From the NCBI GenBank assembly GCA_029288805.1, contig JARIGO010000008.1, positions 3,894 to 67,893 on the forward strand: DNA of 64,000 nucleotides. Direction: 5' to 3'. This DNA is from Candidatus Nomurabacteria bacterium (GTDB lineage Bacteria; Patescibacteriota; Minisyncoccia; Phycocordibacterales; UBA9973). The notes under the pieces are model-generated. The model searched no databases. It was given only the letters and a program-made list of their open reading frames with translations, and was not told the origin of the DNA. Positions within the stretch are counted from its first letter, which is position 1; each line of letters starts with the position of its first letter. Shown here one piece after another: positions 55,102-64,000 of this stretch. The translations under genes and the position numbers were made by a program.

Positions 55102-56283
55102 ATGACAACATTAGATTTACCGAGAAAACGCATTGCGTTTCTCATGATAACAATCGCACTGCTCAGTCTCTCCGCACCTTCTGCACATGCAGCAACCAAG
55201 GCAGCCTCCGCTAAAGCTACGGCGCCCCACAAGAAAACCACCACGACAAAAAAGTCCGCTGCTACCGTCTCAAAGAAAACTACGAAAACGAAAAAAACAA
55301 CCATTACCAATAAGACGCAAGTCAAAGGTGAGGTAATTACTGCTAATAGCATTAAGGTTGTTGGCAATAACACTATTACTACCTACACCGTGAAAAACGG
55401 CGATACTATTTCTGGTATCGCAGCCAAGTTCGATATTTCTACCAACACCATTCGTTGGTCAAACAACCTTACGAGTAAGTCAGCGATTAAACCCGGCCAG
55501 AAGCTCGTCATTCTTCCTACTACTGGCGTAATTTATACCGTGAAAAGTGGCGACACGCTTAGCGGCATTGCGACAAAGTTTGATGCAGATCAAAATGACA
55601 TTTTGAACGCCAACGACCTTGATAGTGCAGACAAAATTAAAAATGGAATGACATTGGAAATTCCAAACGTGGAACCACTTTCAGGTTCAGCGGATGCGGA
55701 TTCAGAACACGACACTACTACTCTTCCAGAAAACGTTTCTCCTATCGCTGTTCCTGCAACACCTGTTACAACGACGCAGACTCCTGCGGTAAGTGCAGTG
55801 GGTACGACAATGGTTGTGACTAATCCTGTTACTACCACCAGTTATGCAATCACTGTAACCCAGCCTTCAGCAAATACTGCATACGCTATTCCTGCCGACG
55901 ACATTCGTGGCTACTATGCGCAGCCTATTTCCGGAAGACTTTCTCAGGGTATACACGATGTGAATGCAGTTGATATCGCAGCGCCAGTTGGTACTACTAT
56001 TCATGCTGCTGCAGATGGAACAGTGATCGTTGCCATGGACAATGATAGTTACAACGGTGGGTACGGTAACTATATGGTGATTTCTCATCCTAACGGAACA
56101 CAAACATTGTATGCGCACCTTTCAAAGGTAACAGTTGCTCTCGGTGAGATGGTGAAACAAGGTGAGCCAGTTGCCCTCTCAGGCGCTACCGGAAAAGTTA
56201 CCGGTGCACACTTGCACTTCGAGGTTCGTGGTGCAACCAATCCATGGGGTTCAGACAAAATCGGAACAACATACTCAATCTAG
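55102..56283 (+). CDS. secreted peptidoglycan hydrolase: two LysM domains + M23 metallopeptidase
   Basis: YTVKNGDTISGIAAKF and YTVKSGDTLSGIATKF (LysM). M23 motifs HAAADGTV...YGNYMVISHPNGTQTLYAHL...GAHLHFEV. Start set at MTTLDLP (signal peptide). Confidence 0.8.
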   Translation: MTTLDLPRKRIAFLMITIALLSLSAPSAHAATKAASAKATAPHKKTTTTKKSAATVSKKTTKTKKTTITNKTQVKGEVITANSIKVVGNNTITTYTVKNGDTISGIAAKFDISTNTIRWSNNLTSKSAIKPGQKLVILPTTGVIYTVKSGDTLSGIATKFDADQNDILNANDLDSADKIKNGMTLEIPNVEPLSGSADADSEHDTTTLPENVSPIAVPATPVTTTQTPAVSAVGTTMVVTNPVTTTSYAITVTQPSANTAYAIPADDIRGYYAQPISGRLSQGIHDVNAVDIAAPVGTTIHAAADGTVIVAMDNDSYNGGYGNYMVISHPNGTQTLYAHLSKVTVALGEMVKQGEPVALSGATGKVTGAHLHFEVRGATNPWGSDKIGTTYSI

Positions 56284-57780
56284 CTTAGGGCGATACTGTA
56301 GTGCTTCTAGCACATGACGTTCTTCAATCGTTTCTGAGCCATCAAGATCTGCGATGGTTCGAGAGACTTTGATGGTACGCAGATATGAACGAGGAGATAG
56401 TTTTAATCTCTCAGCGAATTGCTGCAATTGCTTTTTAGCAGAGTCAGTCAGTTTTGTTTTATTGTGAACTTCCTGTGAAGACAGTCTGCTGTTTAATTTC
56501 CTAGCGCGAGCGTACTGAACAGTACGGAGCGCTTTTACTTTTTCCTGAATGGAAGCGCTCTCCTTATATATTCCCGTTTCGTGTAAGGACTCATATTCAA
56601 TATGTTGTACTGGCACCCACAGATCAATGCGATCCATAATTGGACCAGAAAGTTTTTTGTTGTAGCGAGCCAGCTCCATACCTGAACAACTGCATGCCTT
56701 GATAGTACTGCCGCGATATCCGCACGGACAAGGATTCATGGCTGCAAGCAGGATGAACTGCGCGGGGAAGCGTACGCTTCCCCGCGCCCTTGCTACCGTA
56801 ATGCTCCCTTCCTCCAATGGTTCGCGCAAGCTCTCAATAACCCGTCGATCAAATTCAGGAAATTCATCCAGATACAATATTCCTCTATGTGCCAGAGTAA
56901 TGTCACCGGGGCGAATAGTTGAACCTCCTCCTACAACTGCCACATATGATGCGCTGTGATGCGGCGCTCGCAGCGGAGCATTCCCATCAAGCACATCATT
57001 GATCAAGCCGATGCTGGAATAAATAGTAGCTACTTCCAAAAAATGCTCATTGGAAAGTGCTGGCAAGATTCCGTGAAAGGCTTTTGCCAGCATGGTCTTG
57101 CCCGTACCTGGAGGCCCGTACAAAACAATATTATGTCCCCCGCTCGCTGCGATAGTGAGCGCTCGTTTTGCAACAAGCTGGCCTTTCACATCACCAAAAT
57201 CAACTGGTATGTTTTCATGACTGCTAATGCGGAGTGTTGGTGAGACTGTTTCCAGTTGTTTAGATCCAGTGAGATGGTCTACCAAATCTTTCAGTGTTGG
57301 TACGAGAAAAAATGTAATGCCTTCAACTAGCCCCGCCTCTTGTCCATTATCTTTTGGAATATACAGCTCCTCTATTCCCTTCCGTTTTGCCCATTGCGCA
57401 ATAGAAAGTAATCCTCGTATCGGCCGCACGTCGCCATTGAGACCAAGCTCCCCAATAAAAATTTTATTCGTCGTATCAATCGTTAGTGATTCTGTAGCGG
57501 TGAGATATCCTAATGCAATGGCTACGTCAAAATACGAACCCTCTTTTTTAATTTCCGCGGGAGACAGGCTTACTATCACTTTGTGGTTTTCAGCCTTAGG
57601 ATTTTTCTCCAAACTATTTCGCAGCGCACTGATAACTCGTTCTCGAGATTCCTCTACCGCTTTGTCAGCCATGCCTACAATTTGAAACATGTATAGCCCT
57701 CGGCTGATGTCTGTCTCTACTGCCACCCCTACTGCCCCGAGGCCTGTTAGCTGTGCGCTCTGAATAATTGAAAATGCCAT
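56275..57780 (-). CDS. Mg-chelatase-like AAA+ ATPase YifB/ComM family
   Basis: Lon-like N-domain, YGPPGTGKTMLAKAF Walker A, ChlI-type C-terminus. Confidence 0.8.
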   Translation of the reverse strand: MAFSIIQSAQLTGLGAVGVAVETDISRGLYMFQIVGMADKAVEESRERVISALRNSLEKNPKAENHKVIVSLSPAEIKKEGSYFDVAIALGYLTATESLTIDTTNKIFIGELGLNGDVRPIRGLLSIAQWAKRKGIEELYIPKDNGQEAGLVEGITFFLVPTLKDLVDHLTGSKQLETVSPTLRISSHENIPVDFGDVKGQLVAKRALTIAASGGHNIVLYGPPGTGKTMLAKAFHGILPALSNEHFLEVATIYSSIGLINDVLDGNAPLRAPHHSASYVAVVGGGSTIRPGDITLAHRGILYLDEFPEFDRRVIESLREPLEEGSITVARARGSVRFPAQFILLAAMNPCPCGYRGSTIKACSCSGMELARYNKKLSGPIMDRIDLWVPVQHIEYESLHETGIYKESASIQEKVKALRTVQYARARKLNSRLSSQEVHNKTKLTDSAKKQLQQFAERLKLSPRSYLRTIKVSRTIADLDGSETIEERHVLEALQYRPKLD

Positions 57781-57828
57781 GCATGTATTATGCACGGCAC
57801 TCTTCAAGAAAATAGTAAGAAATAATAA

Positions 57829-58185
57829 TTAATTATTCATGTGCGCTTTGTTTGTGCGCGCAGCAGGATTTGCCTCAAGACGATCTTCTTCGATCGGCTC
57901 ACCTGACACTTCACAAAGCCCATATGTACCAGCTTCGATCTTATCAAGCGCACGCTTTACGTCACTAAGACGAGTCTGAAGTGTTGTTGTCATAGCAGTG
58001 CGTTCTTCAAAGTCTTCGAAACGATCTGCCGCATCATTGTCATCGATTTCCCCCATCATATCTTGATCAGGAGTAGCTTCCCATATGTTCGTTTCTGTAT
58101 TGAAAATAGCAATCTGTCCGAGCTCCTCTTCCAGGCTCTTCTTTTCAGTTTCTAGCTTTTCTTTGAAATGATTTGTATTTATCAT
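57829..58185 (-). CDS. DksA/TraR-family protein with degenerate zinc finger (single Cys)
   Basis: Coiled-coil N-terminus. C-terminal GTYGLCEVSGEPIEEDRLEANPAART resembles the DksA C4 region but keeps only one Cys. Confidence 0.6.
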   Translation of the reverse strand: MINTNHFKEKLETEKKSLEEELGQIAIFNTETNIWEATPDQDMMGEIDDNDAADRFEDFEERTAMTTTLQTRLSDVKRALDKIEAGTYGLCEVSGEPIEEDRLEANPAARTNKAHMNN

Positions 58186-58225
58186 ACCCCGTATACTAAC
58201 ATGGTAGCCCAAAAGCACAAGTTAA

Positions 58226-59104
58226 TTACTGTTGATTAATAATGCTGTCGTACACGGCCTTTACCACCTCTGGCTGGCTGGTAATAACGATAATGTTGCT
58301 ACTGACATATCCATACATAAGCACTATGTGCGGCTGCTTGGTAGCCGGATCGATAGTCTCCAAAACTCGCATCGGAAGGTTATAAAAATACTGGCTCTGG
58401 AATGGCTGGTTAGCGGCAGCTTTCGCGGCCGTACTACTTATGGCCAGGGCTGGAGAAAAAAGCGGAAGCAGTGTGGGTTCAGCAATGCCAAACTCTTTTG
58501 ATGCTTTTTCCGAATCGGCAACAGAAGCCACTACAAACGGATATGTGCCACTTCCGATATTTACCACTCCCAACCGAGCCGAAGTAATAACTGACTGCAG
58601 TGGCTCAGAGATAGTGGGTGCTCCTATAAATGAAAAGAGCTGGCTGTCCGAAATTAGAGCATTACTTGTAGAATCCGTAACCAGGTTGATCAATGTAGGC
58701 TTGTTAACAGGCAGTGTGGTCGAGGGGGTGTAAGCAGCAAGTACTTGTTGCAGATTGGTAGAGCTTGCGACTACGCTGTCACTGTTTTGAAACACTCCCA
58801 CAGAACTCGGTGGTTGTACTTTGACCGTAAGGTGCGTGTAGTAATATGCCCCTCCTATCAATACCGCCAAAGTTAGAAAAATTAAAATAGTACTGCTAAC
58901 GCTATACCATTTTTGCTCTTTTTTTTCTTCTGCCTCAACAACCTCCAACTGTTCCCTTTCTCGGGCATCTGCCAAGAGCTCCTGTACTACTGACGCGTCC
59001 GTAGCATTCATTGCATGAGACAAGTCTTCTTGATAACTCTGACTTAGGGGGCGCGGCTGCTCCTCTTGGGCTGGTTGTTGTTGCGCTTGTTGTTCCGGTT
59101 CCAT
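58226..59104 (-). CDS. hypothetical membrane-anchored protein with Gln/Glu-rich N-terminus
   Basis: One TM helix ILIFLTLAVLIGGAYYY. No motif. Confidence 0.45.
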   Translation of the reverse strand: MEPEQQAQQQPAQEEQPRPLSQSYQEDLSHAMNATDASVVQELLADAREREQLEVVEAEEKKEQKWYSVSSTILIFLTLAVLIGGAYYYTHLTVKVQPPSSVGVFQNSDSVVASSTNLQQVLAAYTPSTTLPVNKPTLINLVTDSTSNALISDSQLFSFIGAPTISEPLQSVITSARLGVVNIGSGTYPFVVASVADSEKASKEFGIAEPTLLPLFSPALAISSTAAKAAANQPFQSQYFYNLPMRVLETIDPATKQPHIVLMYGYVSSNIIVITSQPEVVKAVYDSIINQQ

Positions 59105-59109
59105 GAATA

Positions 59110-59619
59110 TTAATATCCAATTAAGTACTTCTTTGGATTGGTTGAAAGGTCTACGAAGTCATCAACAACTTCCTTTAATGAAGCTGAGGCTGACTGTCCA
59201 AATGTTGCAGCTTCTACTTGCACGCCATGGTGGTATCGCAAATACTCACACAATGGTACGAAGTCTCCATCACCTGAAACTATGATAATAGCGTCGAGCT
59301 TAGGAGCCATTGATACTGCGTCGATGGCAAGTCCAATATCCCAGTCTGCCTTTTTGCTTCCGTCATAAAAAATCTGCAAGTCTTTTGATCGTGTCTCAAT
59401 CCCCGCCTTTGTTAGTGCGCTCAAAAATGCTTTTTCATCGCCGTTTTCCGTAGTGATAACATATGCGATGGAGCGGATTAATGTTCGTCCACACAAAAGA
59501 TCCTTCACTACGTTTCCGAAGTTCACCTTTCTTTTATAAATATTTTTTGCAGTGTGGTAGAGGTTTTGCGCATCTATGAAAATTCCCACACGCTGATCCT
59601 TTTGTTTAATTACTGCCAT
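59110..59619 (-). CDS. NYN-domain (LabA/DUF88-like) protein
   Basis: VGIFIDAQNLYH...DAIIIVSGDGDFVPL are the PIN-like acidic motifs of NYN domains. Confidence 0.7.
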   Translation of the reverse strand: MAVIKQKDQRVGIFIDAQNLYHTAKNIYKRKVNFGNVVKDLLCGRTLIRSIAYVITTENGDEKAFLSALTKAGIETRSKDLQIFYDGSKKADWDIGLAIDAVSMAPKLDAIIIVSGDGDFVPLCEYLRYHHGVQVEAATFGQSASASLKEVVDDFVDLSTNPKKYLIGY

Positions 59620-59671
59620 ATATAGAGTATACACCTAAAATGAAATCACCCTTACGGGTGATTTCATTTTG

Positions 59672-59932
59672 TTATGCCTTGATTATTTTTAATGCTGACT
59701 TGTGTTTTTCAGGATTAGTCTTCTCAAGTGTCTTAAGGTGTCCACGGCGATCCGCAACCATCTTGATAAGTCCACGTCGAGAGTGATTGTCTTTCTTGTG
59801 CTTCTTCAAGTGATCAGCAAGAACTTCAATTCGTTCTGTAAGCATCGCGATTTGCACCTTTTCAGAACCGGTATCTGTGCCGTGTTCCTGGTGTTTCTTG
59901 ATTACTGCCTGTTTTTTTTTGGTAGTTAACAT
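59672..59932 (-). CDS. rpsO: 30S ribosomal protein S15
   Basis: [34 protein letters not shown] is the S15 signature. Start trimmed to MLTTKKK. Confidence 0.85.
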   Translation of the reverse strand: MLTTKKKQAVIKKHQEHGTDTGSEKVQIAMLTERIEVLADHLKKHKKDNHSRRGLIKMVADRRGHLKTLEKTNPEKHKSALKIIKA

Positions 59933-59988
59933 GCGTCTATCATAACACATGCTGCTAAAAAAAGCAAGCCCTGCTATACTATCTACAT

Positions 59989-60915
59989 ATGACTATTTCG
60001 GACGCCAAAATCCAGTTTCTTGAGTATGTTGAAATTGAAAAAGGCCGCAGTCCCCTCACCAGCAGAAATTACGACCATTACCTCACCACATTTTTTGAAC
60101 AAATGAATATCAAGAACCCTTCAGATATTACCGAGTCTGTTATTCGTCAGTTTCGTATTCAGCTCAATCGCGCTCCAGGGGCTAAAACAAAGGGGCAAGG
60201 TGGCAATACTATGAAGAAAACCACTCAGAACTACTATATGATAGCGCTGCGTTCTTTTCTGAAGTATATGAAAAAGATCAATGTTCAGACTGTCAGTCCT
60301 GATGTTATTGAGCTGGCAAAAGTTGGTGCTCGTGACTTGGATCTTATTTCTAAAGACGAGCTCGATAGATTGCTAAAAGCCCCTGACATATCCAAGGCTA
60401 AGTCAGATGAAGCCATTATTAAGGTGTTACGCGATAAGGCGTTGTTAGAATTATTTTTCTCAACAGGGCTTCGTTTGGCAGAACTTTGTTCTCTCAATCG
60501 AGACCTTGATCTTTCTCGTGATGAATTTTCCATTCGTGGTAAGGGAGATAAGGTTCGTGTAGTTTTCCTATCTCCGGAAGCCAAAGAAAACCTCCGTGCA
60601 TATTTGAAAGCACGTAAAGATATGGAAGAAGCCATGTTTGTAAATATTGCCCGTAACAAAATTGCTGCGCGCCTTACTCCCCGTTCCATTGAACGTATAG
60701 TTAAAGAATATGCTATCAAAGCTGGTATTTCTAAGAAGGTAACGCCGCACGTCTTGCGCCACTCATTTGCTACAGATCTTCTTTCAAATGGTGCCGATAT
60801 CCGCAGTGTGCAAATGATGCTTGGGCATGCCAATATCGCTACAACACAGGTCTATACGCATGTTACCGACGCCCAGCTTCGCGAAGTCCACAAGAAATTC
60901 CACAGCAAGAGATAG
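59989..60915 (+). CDS. tyrosine site-specific recombinase, XerC/XerD-like
   Basis: C-terminal catalytic [39 protein letters not shown] (R..H..R..Y) and an N-terminal SAM-like core-binding domain. Confidence 0.8.
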   Translation: MTISDAKIQFLEYVEIEKGRSPLTSRNYDHYLTTFFEQMNIKNPSDITESVIRQFRIQLNRAPGAKTKGQGGNTMKKTTQNYYMIALRSFLKYMKKINVQTVSPDVIELAKVGARDLDLISKDELDRLLKAPDISKAKSDEAIIKVLRDKALLELFFSTGLRLAELCSLNRDLDLSRDEFSIRGKGDKVRVVFLSPEAKENLRAYLKARKDMEEAMFVNIARNKIAARLTPRSIERIVKEYAIKAGISKKVTPHVLRHSFATDLLSNGADIRSVQMMLGHANIATTQVYTHVTDAQLREVHKKFHSKR

Positions 60916-61193
60916 TTATCCACTTGTGTAAGTTTTTGAGAGTACTATACTTAATACATACGAACCTTAACAATTGAATATGGGCATCGGCCCTACCAAA
61001 TGTCCGCTGAAATAAGCGCTCGTAATATAGGAACCTATACAGTTCCATCCAAGCACCACTTTTATCTGTGCTTAATAAACGATAAATAATCTCCTTAATA
61101 TATAGTCCCTCAATTAAATACCCCTCGAAGATTATTCTTCAAAAATACAAACCATCGCCATCATTGTCGATGGTTTTTTGTTATACTATATAT

Positions 61194-61964
61194 ATGCGAA
61201 TAATCTCCTGGAATACCAACGGTCTACGCGCCACATACAAGCAAGGCAATTTTGATCCCCTTTTTACACAGTATGACCCCGACCTTCTTTTTTTGCAGGA
61301 AACCAAAGCTACTTCCGAACAACTTCCTGAAGGCGCTCGCGATGTCTTCGGGTACGATAGTTACTTTTCATGGCCAGAGGTCAAAAAGGGCTATAGCGGC
61401 GTAGCGTTGTATACGAAAGAAAAGCCTTTAAACGTAACACTGGGTATCGGTTTGGCAGGATTAGATGATGAAGGCCGTACTATCACTGCTGAATATAAGG
61501 ATTTTTATGCAATTACCTGTTATTTTCCTAATGGTGGCGGTGGCCCAGAGCGTTTGGATTATAAGCTTCGGTTCTATGATCGGTTTTTGATATATATAGA
61601 GGAACTAAAGAAAAAGAAACCAGTTATTTTTTGCGGAGACGTTAATACTGCTCATAATGAAATAGATCTCGCTCGGCCAAAGGAAAACGTTATGAATACA
61701 GGATTTCTTCCTATTGAGCGAGCATGGATTGACAAGTTGGTAGAACATGGCTGGATAGATGTCTTCCGAAGCTTATATCCCGATGAAACAGGAATATATA
61801 CATACTGGGATCAAAAAACTGCTTCCAGGGAACGCAATGTTGGTTGGCGCATCGATTACTTCTTTGTTTCTGCGGATATAAAAGATAAAATTACTGGTTT
61901 TCAAACACTCAAGGATTATTACGGTAGCGACCACTGTCCTATTGTTTTGGATATAAATATATAA
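61194..61964 (+). CDS. xth: exodeoxyribonuclease III (AP endonuclease)
   Basis: MRIISWNTNGLRA and C-terminal SDHCPIVLDI are ExoIII signatures. Confidence 0.85.
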   Translation: MRIISWNTNGLRATYKQGNFDPLFTQYDPDLLFLQETKATSEQLPEGARDVFGYDSYFSWPEVKKGYSGVALYTKEKPLNVTLGIGLAGLDDEGRTITAEYKDFYAITCYFPNGGGGPERLDYKLRFYDRFLIYIEELKKKKPVIFCGDVNTAHNEIDLARPKENVMNTGFLPIERAWIDKLVEHGWIDVFRSLYPDETGIYTYWDQKTASRERNVGWRIDYFFVSADIKDKITGFQTLKDYYGSDHCPIVLDINI

Positions 61965-61997
61965 AAGTAAAAAGCCTCACGAGTGAGGCTTTTTAGA
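61963..61997. terminator. bidirectional rho-independent terminator
   Basis: aaaaagcctcac-gagt-gaggcttttt, shared by convergent transcription units. Confidence 0.6.
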
Positions 61998-62225
61998 TAA
62001 TTTTAGGATTATTATCTGAATCTCATACCTTGTCGTCGGTATTTGGGTTGGTTGTAATACTTTTGACGCGGCCCTTTTTCTTTTGCAATGGCCACTGGAA
62101 GAAATGCATTTTCTTCCAAATTGCCACCCTGAGAGTTCGTTGAGTTTTTACACATAAAATATGGTTTTTAGTTTCCTTTAGATTACAAGAACTTTAGCAA
62201 AAAGGCAACGTTGTTACATGTGAAA

Positions 62226-63731
62226 CTACTTTACTCGGTGTTTTTTGCGCAATTCCCCTACCTCAGCTTCATTTGCTGATTCTTTTTGCTCTTTCCCCTT
62301 CTCTCCAAGAGTTTTAAGGTCTTTATCTTCCAACTCGTCTAGGTCTAATACCCGTTCATGAAGCTGTTCCACAGTGTTTAAGGCAGGGTTTTCCAATACT
62401 TCCTCTAGTAATGCATGCAAAATCCATCCCATGCGTGGTCCTGGTTTCATGTGTAACGTTTCCATAAGGTACTTTCCGTCTATAGCAAGCTGAGAAACAC
62501 TGATGGGGTCACGAAGCGCTTCCTCAATCATGGCATGATATTTTCTCAATCTATATGGGGCTTCAGCCTTTTTCATGCCTACGCGGTCACACTCTCGAAC
62601 TTCCATAAGCTCCCAAATATGCTCAGGGCTAACTTTTTGAATAATACGACGAACGGCAGAAAGGGTTATTTGCTCGGTATCTGAGAAAAACATGTGGTTT
62701 CTAATCAGTGAAACCACCAAATCAATAGTTTCACGTGAAAACTTCATGCGTTCTAGGATTTTTTTCGCCATACGAGCTCCCACCACTTCATGACCAAAGA
62801 AGGTATATTTATCCTTATTCCTGTCGTATTGACGAGTCGCAGGCTTTCCAATGTCATGGAAAAGAGCCGTAAGGCGGATTTCCAGAGAATCTCCTTTGTC
62901 TGCTGCATGCTGAAGGGCGTGTAATAAGTGGTTATATACATCATATATATGAGCACCTTTCTGCTCACAACCAATACCCTCTTCTAGTTCTGGGATAATA
63001 AACTCTAGTAATCCAGCCTTTTGAAGCATATCCACCCCAGAGGCAGAATGTTTAGAAAGAATAATTTTGACGAATTCATCTCGAATACGTTCTTGGGAGA
63101 TATTCTTAAGTAATGAAGCTTTATTTCCTATTGCCGTCAGTGTTTCACCTGAAACAGCAAAATCTAGGGTTGTGGAAAACCTAATAGCTCGCATCATACG
63201 CAACGCGTCTTCTTCAAAGCGAATTTCTGGATTAAGGACACATTTAATTATTTTGTCCTTTATATCACACTGTCCTTTAAAAATATCTATAATTTGTCCA
63301 TTAGAAGGGTCAAAAGCTAGAGCATTTATCGTAAAGTCCCGCCTTTCCAAATCTTTTTCTAGTTTTGTTTCATATGTAACACTATCTGGACGCCGATTAT
63401 CGCTATAATTTCCTTCTGAACGATATGTGGTAATCTGAACCTGGTCATTTTGTGTTACATGTGTAACGTCTCGCTGTGTTTCATCTGCAGGAATGTTGAT
63501 AACTGTTACAGTGCCAAAATTATTCTCATATACTGTTTTAAGTACAGGAAAACAAGCCTGGATCTGATCCGGATGAGCATTTGTTGTTATATCCCAGTCT
63601 TTTGGTTTCTTGTGTAACAGTAAGTCACGTACGCACCCACCTACTAAATAGGCTTCAAAACCATTATCTTGAAGTGTTTTGGTTACATGTGAAACAAAAT
63701 CTGGGATTTTTGTGTTGTCTATAGTGTTCAT
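62226..63731 (-). CDS. cca: CCA tRNA nucleotidyltransferase with C-terminal HD domain
   Basis: AYLVGGCVRDLLL...DWDI (pol-beta NT motif) and HD-domain LTALFHDIGK. Start set at MNTIDN (63729-63731) because the longer ORF overlaps tRNA-Arg. Confidence 0.8.
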   Translation of the reverse strand: MNTIDNTKIPDFVSHVTKTLQDNGFEAYLVGGCVRDLLLHKKPKDWDITTNAHPDQIQACFPVLKTVYENNFGTVTVINIPADETQRDVTHVTQNDQVQITTYRSEGNYSDNRRPDSVTYETKLEKDLERRDFTINALAFDPSNGQIIDIFKGQCDIKDKIIKCVLNPEIRFEEDALRMMRAIRFSTTLDFAVSGETLTAIGNKASLLKNISQERIRDEFVKIILSKHSASGVDMLQKAGLLEFIIPELEEGIGCEQKGAHIYDVYNHLLHALQHAADKGDSLEIRLTALFHDIGKPATRQYDRNKDKYTFFGHEVVGARMAKKILERMKFSRETIDLVVSLIRNHMFFSDTEQITLSAVRRIIQKVSPEHIWELMEVRECDRVGMKKAEAPYRLRKYHAMIEEALRDPISVSQLAIDGKYLMETLHMKPGPRMGWILHALLEEVLENPALNTVEQLHERVLDLDELEDKDLKTLGEKGKEQKESANEAEVGELRKKHRVK

Positions 63732-63746
63732 TAGAACTAAATATTG

Positions 63747-63818
63747 TGCACCTACCAGGATTCGAACCCAGAATAACGGTTCCGAAGACCGCTGTGATAT
63801 CCATTTCACCATAGGTGC
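63747..63818 (-). tRNA. tRNA-Arg (anticodon TCG)
   Basis: Reverse complement GCACCTATGGTGAAATGGATATCACAGCGGTCTTCGGAACCGTTATTCTGGGTTCGAATCCTGGTAGGTGCA. Anticodon stem GCGGT/ACCGT, loop CTTCGGA. Confidence 0.75.
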
Positions 63819-63910
63819 TTACTAATAACGTTTAAACTATAACACTTATGCTTAAATAAGCAAAAATACTTATTGCAAATAGATTAAAAGAAGGTATACT
63901 GTTTCTACTT

Positions 63911-63981
63911 GCGGTTATGGTTTAGTGGTAGAATGCGTCCTTGCCAAGGACGAGACCAGGGTTCGATTCCCTGTAGCCGCA
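63911..63981 (+). tRNA. tRNA-Gly (anticodon GCC)
   Basis: GCGGTTATGGTTTAGTGGTAGAATGCGTCCTTGCCAAGGACGAGACCAGGGTTCGATTCCCTGTAGCCGCA. Anticodon loop TTGCCAA. Confidence 0.85.
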
Positions 63982-64000
63982 CAAAACAAAAGACCCGTTA

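Noticed and set aside
60916-61193. Chromosome dif site next to the XerC/D-like recombinase
   Set aside because: Only a short GGAAC-N7-GTTCC palindrome is present. There is no 28-bp XerC-arm/6-bp/XerD-arm structure or TTATGTTAAAT-like arm.
1-64000. CRISPR arrays, IS elements, integrases flanking the T4SS-like cluster, rRNA genes
   Set aside because: I found no regularly spaced direct repeats, no transposase/integrase-like ORF (other than the chromosomal XerC/D-like gene) and no rRNA-like sequence anywhere in the window.

Overview
This looks like a 64 kb chromosomal segment from a small-genome, monoderm-like bacterium, plausibly a CPR/Patescibacteria member such as Saccharibacteria. That taxonomic guess is inference from gene content (type IV pilus genes, a minimal T4SS, short proteins) and about 45% GC. 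The genetic code is standard: TAA, TAG and TGA all act as stops (ksgA ends in TGA). The window contains the replication origin region (yidC, yidD, rnpA, rpmH, dnaA, a DnaA-box cluster, dnaN) and nine tRNA genes. It also carries many housekeeping genes: rplS, rpsT, rpsO, ruvABC, ruvX, mutM, polA, tsaE, tyrS, a class A PBP, pcrA, ksgA, cca, xth, xerC/D-like, comM/yifB, mscL, and a zupT/zur pair with an operator palindrome. The standout region is a minus-strand cluster of about 14 kb (37.9 to 52.1 kb) that resembles a minimal Gram-positive-type type IV secretion system. It has a VirB3-like protein, a VirB4-like ATPase whose reading frame is broken by a single in-frame TAA, a very large VirB6-like polytopic protein, and an M15 peptidase-domain envelope protein that could act as a cell-wall hydrolase. 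It also has several large secreted or membrane-anchored proteins of unknown function. No VirD4, VirB11 or relaxase gene is visible here. Other points of note are a bacterial SET-domain protein, two large DUF11-like surface repeat proteins next to pilB, a thioredoxin/DsbB pair, and an inverted partial copy of a tRNA-Arg 3' half. All calls come from reading the translated ORFs and the sequence by eye. No database searches were run.
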